A stretch of DNA of 64,000 nucleotides from Octopus bimaculoides (lineage: Eukaryota): the NCBI RefSeq assembly GCF_001194135.2, contig NC_068982.1:68537262-68601261 (forward strand), written 5' to 3'. The notes under the pieces are model-generated. The model made no database searches, was not told the origin of the DNA, and worked only from the letters and a program-made list of their open reading frames with translations. Shown one piece after another: positions 1 to 13,739 of the stretch. Both the position numbers and the translations under genes were made by a program. Within the stretch, counting starts at the first letter, position 1; each line of letters starts with the position of its first letter.

Positions 1-685
1 ACGCAATTCACTCTGCCAGAAATTTGGAATTGATATGGTGTACTGCTTGGCATTCACACCGGAAACTCCAATATGAACATTTCAGAGTGTTTGGGTGTCA
101 ATCTGAGGACAGTGCATGTACTGAGAGTGATAAAAATCAAACATCCAGTCAACATCATGGTGTTTGGAGTGATCACTAGTGATGGCAATGACATGCCTCC
201 ATTCATCTTCCCACATGGCCTCAGACTCAACACAGAGGCCTGCATAAAGTGCCTGGAGGAGGTAGTGCTGCCCTGGGTCAAGAGGGTGACTACTAGAAGA
301 CCCTATATCTGGCAACAGGACTCTACACCATACCACACAAGCAGAAGAATCTAGTCATGGCTGTCAGACAATTTCTGCAACCACATCACCCCTAACATCT
401 GGCCACCTAACCCTCAGACTGCAACCCCCTTCATTATTATGTGTGGGGCACAGTTGAGCGAGAGACCAACAAAACTCCTTGTAACACCAAAGATGAACTG
501 AAGGCATGAACAGAATAGTTGCAGGAGATTCCAAGACATCTGGAGGCCATGGTTGAAACCAATGGCAATTTTATTGAATAAATTTACTCTTTAGTATTTC
601 AAGATATTTTTATCTGTTAAAATGAGATGTCTGTGTTATTTTCATTTTTGTGTAAATTAGAGGACAATATATTCACTGCACCCTG
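1..685 (+). mobile_element. Tc1/mariner maT (DD37D) element, internally deleted and degenerate; left end outside the window
   Basis: KHPVNIMVFGVITSDG...WQQDSTPYH...WPPN(S)PDCNPL(H)YYVWG with 37 residues between D2 and the decayed D3. The N-terminal HTH fragment is joined directly to the catalytic core. Right TIR ...GCACCCTG followed by TA at 686. Confidence 0.85.
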
Positions 686-999
686 TATATATACATACAG
701 GGTGATCAGATGAAATGTAGACATATATTGACAACAACATCTGTCCTAGAAACAGTTAAATCCCAAAGAACCTTAAGGAACTAATCAACTGAGCTCACAT
801 AAGCTTCAAGCTGGTAAAGCCCATATCCCTAAAAAAAAATTAACAGCAAGTTCTACTTCACATTTAGCAGCACACAGAAATCATCCATTACTGAGGCATC
901 AATGAAGTGCCTGGGAAAGAGATGTTTGATTGCAACTGAAAATATACAACATCCATCCAAGAACCAAGCAAGAGTTGGAAGCCTAACTAGCTGAAGTGG

Positions 1000-2040
1000 A
1001 CAAGTCAGGCCAACCTGGCAAGCTCAATGCTTAGATATACCAAACTGGCATCCACCCACAGAAAATCTATGAGATCCTGATATACATAGTTTAGGATTTT
1101 GAGAAGAGAGTAAACAGGTTTCTGCAGAAGTAGCAGGGACTGCCTTGGAGCTTGAGCAGCATTAACTAGTATGAACAGAACAACAGATTGAAGCTCCACA
1201 TCAGCAGCCTAAAGAAGAGTTCACATTGATTTGGGCTAGAAGAGAGCAGCAATATTGAAAGCTTTGTGATGCAAAAGTTTTTGAGGACGTCATTGAAGTC
1301 AAGACAGCACAGAAATGGTAAATGATGCAAAGTTGCAGCTGAGTTATAGAATGCCAGAGAGTGTAATGTCTTGTGAAAGAGCTGATCTGGGGAACAGCAC
1401 ATCAATCAGTGATAATGTGCAGAGTAAGAACACAAGGTTGCTGGTCCAGAATGAAGAGGAAACACTGATTGAGGAAGAGCAAGTTAGCAAGATGATTGGA
1501 ATGCAGAAACAGGAAGTCTGGGAGTAAGCAGTTGAGTGTGAAGTCTGAGCCTCTTTGAATAAAATTCTTGATTCAAGTGGTCCACAATAGTCTACCAAGT
1601 CCATCCAACTTGTTCTGAGGAAAGTGGAAACACTAACTTCTGTGCTTTTAGAGAAAGACTTTGAAGTACATTCTGAGCATCAACTTTCACAGCAGATTTA
1701 CATTATTTCTCTAAACAGAGACTTTGAAAGTATCCATCAATAGCACAGAGACACTATCACTGCATGTATTAAGGGAAACAGTTTTACCCTATATCTCCAC
1801 CAAGGTATAAATAAGTTAAAAACTCCTGTAATCTGCTACAATTGCTGAGCCTCATAGTTTCAGATGGTCTTTTATGGTGACCACATATTTGTAACACAGC
1901 TAAAACTGAATAGCAAAGAATTGGTTTCCTCTTTTGGGTCAATAAATTCTTTGGCTCTAATAAGTAGTTGACCTTCTACGAAGCACATGCAAAATACACA
2001 GTACTTTTCAAATATCTAGGCCAGTGCTTCTGATGCTACA
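1000..2040 (-). mobile_element. Highly decayed non-LTR (CR1/L2/Jockey-like) reverse transcriptase relics
   Basis: Remote motif echoes on the minus strand (AVPQ for GVPQGS; VNAAQAPRQSLLL; AS*KVNYL); many stops; boundaries approximate. Confidence 0.3.
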
Positions 2041-5000
2041 GACACACACTCACAAATATCTTATACTAGATTAAAACAAGGTCATCTGACTGATTGGTAT
2101 TCCTTCCTTGCCAAATTTTCCTGTTTTATAGTTATTAAGCTACAGATGTTCAAGCTGAACATCATCTGTATTGACCTGACCTCTCAGGAAGGGACTGAAA
2201 AAGTCACAGATACAGTTCTAATTTTTCTGATTAAAAAGAAAAAAAAAAAAAAAAANNNNNNNNNNAAAAAAAAAAAAAAAAAAAAAAAACCGTTAATATA
2301 AAAAGTATTTTGTACTTCCTATACTAAATGACTAAGTGAAAGAAAGATCAGATGACATTTCAGCCATCTGGAGACAAGATACTATTGAGCTTACTGCTAC
2401 AGCATTTGACAAATTCATCTTCATTCATTAGTCATTCAAACATGATACATACCAAAAATTGTTGCTAAATTGGTCCAACCTAAAGAAATAAAGCAACAGG
2501 GAGCCAATATAATTCACTTTGCAATCACCAAAATTAGGTAAACAAATCATGGTGCTTAGCAAACTTTTAAAAGAATTTACAAAGAAACAGTGATGTCTCC
2601 ATAAAAAGTAGTTTTGTCACAAGTAAATCTTTACAATAGATATTCACAAACTAGATTTTGCAAAAAATCTACAAAAGTGTACACTGACAAAACTGAATTC
2701 ATAAAACAAGCATATCAGAACTCAACTAAACTGCCATGATACAGCCCACACAAACATCAGAATACAGCCACCAAAACTGTCCCAAGTTCATGATACTGTA
2801 GTCTGATTTACTGAATTTCACAGTTCAAATATAATCAGCTAGCTCCATGATATAGGCCAGCTTAGAGTGAACTGAGGCTACTCAACAACAATCAATGTTA
2901 ATGTTTTATATTTCTCATATTTTAATTCTTTTTAGTTTTGTGCTAATATCTGGGTCACTCAAATCTATTATTTTAGAATTTTATGTCCTAGATAGATTAG
3001 TTTCACATGAAGTGAAGATTAAACAAAAGAATATATCAATAAATCAATTATTGATATCAACAACCATATTATATCAGTTGATGCATAACAAAACACGATT
3101 TAAGCTCTGGATGAAAAGTGATGATCAAATAAGAATTGAAAAAATAATTTAGAAAAGTAGGACAAAAAAAAAGAAAAAAAAGATTAACATCAAATTTCAG
3201 ACTGAAGGATGTGAAAGTTCTAGAGCACAAACACAAATGTCATAAGCTCAAACCTTGCAACGAGGATTGCATTGCAAACTTCAGAGAATAAAACCACTCC
3301 TGCCCTTTTGTGGTTGGCAGTAGGTATTAGAAAACTTTAAGGTCACTCAAGTAGCTAATAGCAGGAGTAGGCATCTGTGGTTCTCTGAAGTAGATATGTT
3401 CTACTGTCTAGTGGTGGACATGGAGCAAGTAATAGCAATAATGGATAGCCTGTGACGAAGATATAAATTTAGAGGATTTTCAACTTCCATTGATAACAAA
3501 AGGTTTTTTCATTGTATGAAGGCAGGGTGGTGTAAAAATATAATGTCTCTGATGGGAACATGAACAGTGAATTAAGTGTTATACAATAGTAAAGAATTTA
3601 TCAGTGCAATGAGTTGGATCTGCAATGTTAACTCTTGAAAAAGATTGAACACAAGTAATTTGAGAATGTATTTGTATGTGTGTGTGTCTATGTCTTTGAC
3701 ATCATGCAACAGTTGTAAATGGGTGTCACAGTTACACAAGCAGTATTATTCATTTCCAATCTTCCATGAAAATATCTTTGGTCATGGTAAAATATTACTA
3801 TTGGAAACAAGTGAGCATTAGCCAACAGGAAAGGCATACAGCCATATAAAACCTGCCATGATATATTTCATCTAATTCATGCAAGCATAGAAAAGCAAAT
3901 GCTAAAATGATTGGTGACATTGACAACAAGGCATCATAAAGTATAGGCCAAATGTATGTAAGATATCATATGATAATCTAACTGGCTGAATTGTCATCAT
4001 CATTTAACATGTTTTCCATGCTAGCATGAGTTGGACAGTTTCACAAGAGCTGGTAAGCCAGAGGACTGTGCTAAGCTCTATGGAATATATTTATAGTAGA
4101 AGCAGACCAAGGAATATTAGAGAAATAATTAAGGCCCAAGAACACAGAGCCTCATAATGAAGATGACAGGAGGAGATAAAGATACATGAGGTGATGCTTA
4201 ATTTCAAACCTATCTCACAATGCTATTATGAAATAGCAGATTTTTGAACTACTGCTATTAAGGATATTGGGAATACTAAAGATGATTACAGCAACAACAA
4301 AACAACACCCCCTCCTATCTAATTAGAATAAGTAATTAATGCAGGGGTGATTAAAACTCTTTGATTCTAGACTTTATACATCTAAAACTCTCCCACTCCA
4401 TTTATATGATCCAACAAGTATAGACCAGCCGATTATATTTTTAAAGGCATTTTCATATTAATTAGTCTCATTTACAGCAACCCAAAAATCATAATCAATG
4501 ACAGTTCTAACTACATGAATATTTTCTAACAGTTTTAATTATAATGAAAAAAAAAAAATGCAAAAATATTTGACCAAACAATGATAAAAGAAGCAAAGAA
4601 AAAAGTTTCTTTTATGGAAATTGCAATCATTTTTCAACAATAACAATGACTTCATGTTTCCATAAATGTATCATGTCTGCACTTAAATCTATCAGAATAC
4701 AAAAGATAACTAGTGGGGGAATCAATAACACAAATAAAGTAACCACATTGTTACTTTATCCAATCTATTCAATTGAGATTAACCAATGCAGCAAAACCCA
4801 ATTGTTAGCAACTGTTGAACCAAATCTCTACCACTATTTATGTTAATATGTTACCCCACTAATAATTTATCCATCTTAATTAAATCAGGACTGTATTAAA
4901 AACAAAATTAAAAAGAAAAGAAAACTACTTTGGTTTAACATATGATGGTTAAGAGTAAAATGGCTGAGTGAATAAGGCTTTAGGTTACCAGCTTCTGGGT

Positions 5001-5534
5001 CATCATTGTTATCTGCATCATTTTAACAGGCACTGTTCTATGCTTGCACAGAGCAGACAGAACTTGTTAAGGCAGGTTTTCTATGGCTAGATGCTCTTCT
5101 ACCACCAACCCTCACCCATTTCCAAGCAAGGTAATATTTGCTCCCCCATCTCTGAACATTTTTTCAGAGAAGATTGGATATTAAGTGACACCATTTGTAC
5201 AACAATGATGTTCATTTATAAGTATTGCATGATGTCAAGACATGGAGAGAAACACACACACACACACAAAATATATACACAAGATGAGCTTCTTTTAATT
5301 TTTATCAACCAATTCTACTCACAAGCTTTGGTCAAGCCAAGGCTATAAGTAGAAGACACTTGTCCAAGGTACCACACAGTGAATCCAAGACCATGTGGTT
5401 GGGAAGTGACCATAACCACATGGCTACATCAGTACCAGTCCCTAAGTTCATATCCACTAAATTTTTTCACTGAACCACAACACATTCTACGTGCCTCAAT
5501 TCACTGAGCTGTGGTGTTAGAAAACTGTCATTAA

Positions 5535-5744
5535 CTCTTTAGCATTCAAACTGGCCATATCCAGCCTAAATATTCTACTTGTATTATGTTCAGACCAGAT
5601 AGAGCTGGCTTCTCACATGTACCATTCTAAAAATAAACAATTACATCATAAATATCTTGAAGCTACAAGATAATGAATACTAGCTTTAAAACAATGCGAC
5701 TAAATAAGCATTACATTTGACAAAGTAATCTGAATGCTAAAGGG
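5535..5744. mobile_element. piggyBac-type MITE
   Basis: TTAA on both sides; TIRs CTCTTTAGCATTCA / TGAATGCTAAAGGG. Confidence 0.8.
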
Positions 5745-6696
5745 TTAATGAATGTTACCTGCAATACACCAGTGTCTTATCTATGAGATTAACCTTTCAT
5801 CTCCAAAATATATCAGAATCTGAAACCAGATAATGATTCTATGAATATTTGTGAATCATGGAGATATTTATTATTCAATTATTATCAAATAAGTGGATGT
5901 GATGTAGAAAAAAAAATGGAAGAATGCTATGAATGCTTTAACATAGTGTCTACTTTTTTTTTTTAATCAGCTTTTGAAAAATGTGATTTCATCATGAACA
6001 ATGTGTATACCATGTATATCATCAGATAGCATTCACTTTGCCATGTTCACTTGGTTTGGATGGGATTTATTGAGAGAGATTTTCTATAGTCAAATGCCTT
6101 TACTGCCACCAATACTCACTTGTATTCAAGCAAAGTAATATTTCCCATGACCAGACATGCTTTTCACAGAAGGCTGGAAATTAACAATATTGCTTGTATA
6201 ACAGTGATCTTTGTTTACAACCATTACATGATGTTAAGACAAGGATATTTTATTTTGGTTGAATCAGTCTCTTGCTATTCTGAGTTTTGCTTATTTATGA
6301 GTGCACAAGCTGCACCCACAGATGAAGCTCAGAGTAGCAAGAAATTGATTTAAACCAAATAAAATATTAATCTTTACTGTAGTATCAAATACTCTTCTTT
6401 TCCAACACTAAATCAGCACTAAACATGCAAACACACACAGAGAGGCTTCTTTCAGATTATGTTTACCAAATCTGCCCACAGGACTCAGGGTTATAGTAGA
6501 AACCACTTGCTCAAGGTACTGTTCAGTAGGACCAAACCTGAGACCACATGGTTGAGAAGCTTATTCAAAAAATTGATTCTAAATATTTAAAGTGTTATTC
6601 ACTTGTTACTTATGCCACATTCTGAGGTGTCTCACACCTACCAAAACATTACCAAGTCCCACTCACACACAGCTTGAGAAATACTGCCTTAACTAA

Positions 6697-6899
6697 CCCT
6701 TTAGCATTCAGATGATTCTGTCAAATGTAATGTTCATTTATTCATATTATTTTGAATTAATCATGCATTATATCATAGCAATGAGATTTCAGTGATGTGA
6801 TTGTTTACTGTTAGAATGACATTGTAAGGCAGTGAGAGAGGTCTGATCTGGCCAGTTAGAGTATTTGAGCCAGATATGGTCAGTTTAAATACTAAAGGG
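6697..6899. mobile_element. piggyBac-type MITE, same family as 5535-5744, opposite orientation
   Basis: CCCTTTAGCATTCAG...TACTAAAGGG|TTAA; interior is the reverse complement of the first copy. Confidence 0.8.
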
Positions 6900-7342
6900 T
6901 TAAGGTAATTATTATTAACTTTCTACCTTCTGATTACAATTCCTAGCAAGGTTACCTTTACCTTTTATTTGAGTGCAATATAGTATATAAGGTTTATTCT
7001 AGGTTGGACCAATCAGCCATATGTCTCAGGTATAGTGGCTTTGCAATACAAGATAAGAAACATTTTCAAATGTATAAAAAGAATAAGTACAGAGCAGTCT
7101 TATTCTATTGGGAAGTCAAGACATGAAAAGTTGTGGAATTTCAAATCCACCCAACCCATGCTAGCATGGAAAGCAAATGTTAAATTAATGATGGCACAGG
7201 TGTGGTTAAGTTTGCTTCCCAATGACATGGTTTCAGGTTCAGTCCTAGAGCATGGCACCTTGGGCAAATGTTTCCAATAGCCCCAGGCTAACCAAAGCCT
7301 TGTGAGTAAATTTGGTAGATAGAAACTGAAAGAAGCCCATTG

Positions 7343-7517
7343 GCGTATGAGTGGCTGTGTGGTAAGTAGCTTGCTTACCAACCACATGGTTCTGGGTTCG
7401 GTTCCACTTCGTGGCACCTTGGGCAAGTGTCTTCTACTATAGCCTCAGGTCGACCAAAGCCTTGTGAGTGGATTTGGTAGACGGAAACTGAAAGAAGCTC
7501 ATCGTATATATGTGTAC

Positions 7518-7549
<32 letters not shown>

Positions 7550-7741
7550 CTGTCTCTCTGTCCCCCCAACATCACTTGACAACCAATGTTGGTGCATTTA
7601 CATCTCCACAACATAGTGGTTCGGCAAAAGAGACCGATAGAATAAGTACTAGGCTTACAAAGAATAAGTCCTGGGGTCGATTTGCTCAACTAAAGGCAGT
7701 GCTCCAGCATGGCCACAGTCAAATCACTGAAACAAATAAAA
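7343..7741 (+). mobile_element. tRNA-derived SINE with internal (TG)n; partial related copy at about 7190-7330
   Basis: A/B-box-like head (GTGGCTGTGTGGTAAG...GGTTCGGTTCC) and the tail CCAGCATGGCCACAGTCAAATCACTGAAAC that recurs across the window. Confidence 0.7.
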
Positions 7742-8058
7742 GAGTATATATGTATATGTGTGTATGTTTGTGTCTTATCTTGATATCATGTGAGAGTTGT
7801 AAATGAGTGTTACTGTAATACAAGTATGGTAATTCATTTCCAATATTCTGTGGAAGCATATATAACCATGGGGGAATTTTACTTTGCTTGGAAACAAGTG
7901 AGGGCTGGCAACAGGAAGAGCATCTGTGGCCAAAGAAAATCTGCCTCAATAATCTCCATCTGAGCCATGCATGCATGGAAAAGTGGATATTAAAACAATG
8001 ATGATGATATCTACTCAGCCATATCATTGCTATTTTCTTATGGCCTAATGTGATAAGA

Positions 8059-8426
8059 GGAGGCGCAATGGCCCAGTGGTTAGGGCAGCAGACTCACGGT
8101 TTCGATTCCCAGACCGGGCATGATGAGTGTTTATTGAGCGAAAACACCTAAAGCTCCATGAGGCTCCGGCAGGGGATGGTGGCGAACCCTGCTGTACTCT
8201 TTCACCACAACTTTCTCTCACTCTTATTCCTGTTTCTGTTGTGCCTGTAATTCAAAGGGCCAGCCTTGTCACACTGTGTCACGCTGAATATCTCCGAGAA
8301 CTACATTAAGGGTACACGTGTCTGTGGAGTGCTCAGCCACTTGCACGTTAATTTCACACGCAGGCTGTTCTGTTGATCGGATCAACTGGAACCCTCGACG
8401 TTGTAAGCGACGGAGTGCCAACAACA
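8059..8426 (+). mobile_element. tRNA-derived SINE with 12-bp target-site duplication
   Basis: Head GGAGGCGCAATGGCCCAGTGGTTAG...TTCGATTCC; TSD AATGTGATAAGA at 8047-8058 and 8427-8438; near-identical reverse copy at 56589-56968. Confidence 0.88.
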
Positions 8427-9319
8427 AATGTGATAAGAATTGAGAAGGGGATTTCAGCTGTCAACCAAATAGAAATATTTTAATAAAAACAATACAATAT
8501 TTTAATGGAAGTTGAGTAACAGTGTGAAAGGGAGGAAAAAAAAACACATTGTTTTGCAGTAACTAAGTCACTATGAACCAGACTAATTAGTTTCAATACT
8601 GACATTAACGTTATTTAATGCAGGGACCATTAAAAGACTAACTACAAATAAGTGCAGTGAGAAAAAGAACGAAAAAAAATTAACTTCAGACAGGTTTTAG
8701 CCTTATTTTGACCTCCTTGGTAAAGTATAGCTTTCATCATACATGCTGGAGCAGTGAGAGAAAAAAAATTATATGTATATTTATTAGTAGTTAATTTGTT
8801 TCACTCTTTTTATGCTCCATGTTTTAACCATGTTAACACTTATGTTTGTTTTTCATGCAAATGGCATTTAAGAATCCTTAGTTTCAAATTTACATGTATT
8901 TTTTTGCTGTTTCAACTTTAAAAAACTGTCTATACAATGCAATATTTCAGAAGACTTATTCTTAAAAGAAAATACTTTCAATGTTAAAACTATGGTTAAA
9001 CCAAGGACAATACTTAGAAATATAAACAGGTGTCTAAGTTTACAAGAAAAAGTTTCACTTATTTCTATTAATGTACATACACACAAAAGAATGAATTACA
9101 GTTCCATGAAATAATAAATGGTTTCTTAGATTATCATAAAGTCTCAGATGATTCAGAGGAGACTGAAATCTGAATATGGCAGCATTTATTTATTTCCAGG
9201 GTAAGGACAGAGTTTGAAGTAAAAATCTTTCACAAGCATAATTATTTCTTTATGTAAGCACAAGGCTTCAAATTAGACAAAGGACAAATGAGGCTGTATC
9301 ATAAATTCGTATCCCAAAA

Positions 9320-9790
9320 GCCAGAAAATGGCTTTCACAATCTTCTACAAAGCTCAAAGAACAATCCACACTTGAATACTGGTTACATATCGGGGATGAC
9401 ACAGCTAAGATAGATACATAAACACCCTAGACTACATAAAAAGTCACTCACATCCAATTGGCAAAGTTTCACTCACTGAAATGCTACAACCACCAGTTAT
9501 TCCTTCTGCTTGCTCTCTTCCAAGGTTACTACAATAACTCCTGCTCCTCTGATCCTACATACAACTTTCCAACCAACCCACTCTCAACTCGTCATACCTA
9601 CTGTGCCTCCTAACTCAAACCTCTTTACTAAAGATTTTTCTCCAATCCTTTCTCCCTTGGATTTCAGCAAATCTTGCTGAAATTCCTTCTTTGACTATAT
9701 TTTCCCCAAAGAAAAAACAATCATCAGAATCTCAAACTGATCGTCCACTCGGTCAACTCTAGGGTCTGCAAAAGCCATGAAAACTGCCCT
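9320..9790 (+). mobile_element. Decayed 3' end of a LINE (CR1/L2/Jockey-like)
   Basis: FYKAQ..LEY-like motif followed by a C-terminal-like segment; frame-disrupted. Confidence 0.3.
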
Positions 9791-10390
9791 CCTTGAACTA
9801 AATAAAAAATATGTGAAACTAGATAAAATGAGATCTAAGAGAAAGGAACAAAAATATTTTTTCTGACATTAGCACAATGTAAGAATTGATTCAGACAACT
9901 GCAAGTATATTATTGTATTATTGTTGGATGGGATGGGAGGAGTCATCATTTGATCCACACTACAGGGATAAAGGGCAAATTTGGCCTTTCATTGTGACTC
10001 ATCAAAATTTGCATGGCGCACTAATGTGTCTTGTTATTCCATAGCCATGATAATGACTATTATAATACTTTTGTCGGTGACAGATTAACTACACACACAT
10101 ACAAAAAACTAATATTGTTACACTGACATATTAAGATAGTTAAAAAAAAAAATCAGTCTTCTTTTGAGCAGACAGAATACAATGTACATTTCAGAAAGAG
10201 GAAATGGGGTGTGACAGTAAGTCTTTCCCCGATTAGCGACGTAAATAAAGTGAAATAGCAACTGTAGCAAACAAACAAGACTAGCTTACCAACTTAAGTT
10301 TCACATCGCTTGCATGATACAATCAAAAGGTGTATTATATAAAAGACGTATTCTGTAGCACAAATGAAGCGCTTTCAGGAATATCTCTTA

Positions 10391-10552
10391 CAGTAATTTA
10401 CTCGTGTATAAGTCGCACTAATTTATCTTTTTTAACTTAAAAAAAATGGAATGCGACTTATACACGAGGAAAAGCTATAAAGCATTGAGGGGAGGTGGTG
10501 CACCAAGATTTTAGACTAAATTACGAGTGTGACTTAGACACAGTAAATACTG
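10391..10552. mobile_element. pogo/Tigger-type MITE
   Basis: TA|CAGTAATTTACTCGTGTATAAGTCGCAC ... GTGTGACTTAGACACAGTAAATACTG|TA, plus an internal GCGACTTATACACGAG copy. Confidence 0.75.
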
Positions 10553-12704
10553 TAGATATTTGGAAACAATCATCCGATAGCAAGCCATGGTTCAGGTACA
10601 AGTGTGATAGATTTTCAGGACTGAACAAACAGCAGCCGTTCAGATCCCACTGAAACTATTTGTGCTTTTATGCTATTAAGAACCTAGTTAGAAGGGTTGG
10701 CACAAGATCAATTTCTATATTTGATTGAATTCAACAACACAGAGGAAACTGAGCATTTGAACTCAAACACGAAGTAAGAGTCAGTACTCTCTTAACTCAT
10801 CCATCCTTCTTAAATACGATTATCAAATTATGTTTGTACAAATGAAACAACGCGCTTGAGGGGGTGAAACCAACGAGAAAGCGTTTACGTGACAGTAAGA
10901 TCTGCCAAATTTAGCAGACAAATCTCCCTCAAATAGCACCCAATATTTTAAAGAAGATATTGGACAATGTTATTGATACATAACACAAAAAGATGGGACG
11001 GCTTCGATCATAGGTGTACTTGACGGGAGTTGACTTGGGGCAAAATATATCAATAACGAGCCCAAGAGATTTTACGTAGTCGCCCGGCCTACAAGAAATA
11101 ACAGCCAAATGTCCTTACCTCTCACACTCCACCGACTCAAGAACATTTTAGATAATGTATTCCTACACACCCATAAAAAAAGACGAGATGTCACAGCTGA
11201 ACTACCTTCATTATGAGTTAACTTCTCTAGAAAAAAAAATATATATATACGTACGCACGCACACATACTTGTCGCTGAAATATATTCTCTTTGAGAAGTT
11301 CAATATATTCGAGTAACGATAATGCTATCGTATGCACGAATTTATTTATTAGAAAAATTGAGATGATAACGCATCTTAATGCACACACAACCCTATAATC
11401 AGATGTGTGCTTCAATTGCTCTGTAATGTAATGCGTGCTTGTAGGCCCAAAATAACATAGATGCAGTTTAAATGGTTTAAAACCGAATAGCATGATTGGA
11501 CGTATAAAATGCCATTTAGCACAGGAGGTTATATCTACATGTATGAGTGCGTTATATACACACACACACACACACACAAAGACCGATGTTGCCTAGCAGA
11601 ACGAAACTTCGAAGTCGCTCACCACTCTTCTTGCAAAAGTGTATGTACTCAACAAAAAGTACCGAGTAATTCTTCAGTTTAATGTAAAATTGTTATGATA
11701 ACTAGATATAAAAACAAACATTGCTCTCCTCACACACGCACACACATATATATATATATATATATGTTCCATTATTGGTGCGATCAACATAAAAAGCACT
11801 CGAAAATACACGACACGCTTGTCCGACCATTGTATTATCAGAGGCAATGAAACTAATAAGTTGCATTTAAATCCTCTGTACGTGGATGGATGGAGGGATG
11901 GATTTAGCCACAAGACCAAAACGAGAACAAGAATATGTGAAAGTGGTGTAAATTATGTCAATGAGTATCAAGTGTCAAATGGAAAAAGAAAAAAACATTG
12001 CTGATGGCCGTAGCAAAAAGGACAAATGTTTGTCCATTTATCTATAGAACATGAAAAAAAAAAAAAAACAACACTGGCATAATAATAAATAATGATATGA
12101 AAAGCAACCGAGCAGAGATGGTGTGAGCTAAAGAAAAATAAACTGATGGGGCTGTAGCAGTGATGTGTGATTCAGTGTAATTGTAGTGTATTGATGTTTG
12201 CGACTAATTTACTAATCGCGGTGTTTCTTTGAAAGCAATGCTGCTACCTTTTGTTATTTTAGTGGATGATGTAGTTTATGTAAAGTGTGTACGTCACTTC
12301 GACTGTAAACTAGACTCTGTCAAGAGAATTATCATTTCTTGAGATTATATAGATGTAAAGCACGAATATATTTATAGACATGCACATGAATTTATATCTA
12401 TACATACACAAATTTATATATAGAAGATATATACACACGTGAAATAATACAAATACACACTCGAATTTATATATAGATGTATATATACACGCAGGCATAT
12501 ATATATGTATATATGCACAAAAATCAATTATGGGGAACGGCAGGTTTCTTTCTGTTTTTTGCACTAATGATAGAAGGGAGTGTGACAGGAAGTAACATTA
12601 GGAAGTATTTTAAACGGAGAAAAAATCTGGTGTAGTTGAGGAAGGAAAGGGGGGGGGATAATAATTACCAGGAAAGGATACACTGCACTGTTACAAATTA
12701 TGTG

Positions 12705-12733
<29 letters not shown>
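12705..12733. repeat. (TA)n microsatellite; many other (TA)n/(CA)n/(GA)n tracts, e.g. about 7520-7550, 11555-11580, 11745-11765, 19320-19390, 52083-52108
   Basis: Direct inspection. Confidence 0.9.
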
Positions 12734-12736
<3 letters not shown>

Positions 12737-13267
12737 CACGTATGTTTATGCGTGTGTGTGTAAGAGAGCGAATAAGACATGTAAATAAATGGCTTGAGGT
12801 AAGGTATTCCTAATTGAAAAATACAATGAAATAACGATTGTCAGGTGATAGATAAGACGATAACATTCATAGCTTGGAAGAATATTATAAAATAGCCTTT
12901 TGTAGCCAGGAATATTGGAATTAGTCAATAGAAAAAGTTGTAGAATCGTAACGAAACATTTATCCTTCATGGCAAGGAAAAAACAACGATAGCTGAGTAA
13001 ATTATACAAGAGATTGTAACAAATCGACAGGAATTTTCAAACAAGTTAATGTCTCTGGTATTGTAGATGAAGATTGTCAAAAAGAATAGTGTTTAGATAA
13101 TGAAAATAAAGCGGATAAAAATAGTGGAGGCTTCTTTACATTCTTTGAAGTGACAATTTGGAAGCAAAAAAGATGCACACATCGAAAGAAGTGAACGTGC
13201 TTCAAAATAAAGACACCATAAGGGAAAGTATGATTAGATCAAGTTAAGGTTTAATATATGTTCTTAC

Positions 13268-13417
13268 CTGTTGGAGAACTTCTTGGTTAAGTCCTGACAA
13301 CCTAAACAAATCCAATGCTTTGGAGCCGGTTACTCTTCCAGACCCTTCGACATCGCAGTTCTGGAAAAGTTCACCGTAATATCTCTGTTCTTGCTCACAC
13401 AGCTTTAAACCTTCCAT
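13268..13417 (-). CDS. REPS1: RalBP1-associated Eps domain protein (REPS1/REPS2 family), first coding exon; gene continues beyond the left edge
   Basis: Translates to MEGLKLCEQEQRYYGELFQNCDVEGSGRVTGSKALDLFRLSGLNQEVLQQ, which aligns with the recalled human REPS1 N-terminus [51 protein letters not shown]. Acceptor tttttctag before 13425; phase-0 donor CAG|GTAAGA at 13268/13267. Exon 2 (expected IxELCGAxRLG) was not found in 1-13267. Confidence 0.9.
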
Positions 13418-13739
13418 TGTTGAATCTAGAAAAGGAGGACAGATTCTCCGTATTTATTCCGGTGCTGAAACAGTAATGGTCCGGTTGACAAATAATACAA
13501 CTTGGTGTCCAACATATAAAACGATTAATTCTAAAACAGATAGCAATGACTAGCTGACAGCAGTTAGTTATAAGATAAGCGAATTATGTTCATGTCAATA
13601 TGCTATATCATGTCTTATCACATTAATAAACATATGACAGCAGATTTCGAAACTATCTGTACAGATGGACAATGTCGGTAGCTAGTCATGACTTTTACAG
13701 TGAAGTGTAAAGGCGGCCGAAACACGAGAGGTGGCTTAC

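Noticed and set aside
8059-8125. tRNA-like A/B boxes (also at about 7343, 47968 and 56968)
   Set aside because: They are SINE heads attached to repeat bodies, not complete cloverleaf tRNA genes.
1-13267. REPS exon 2 (IxELCGA...GRSQFYIALKL)
   Set aside because: Searched by eye on the minus strand and not found; presumably lies left of the window.
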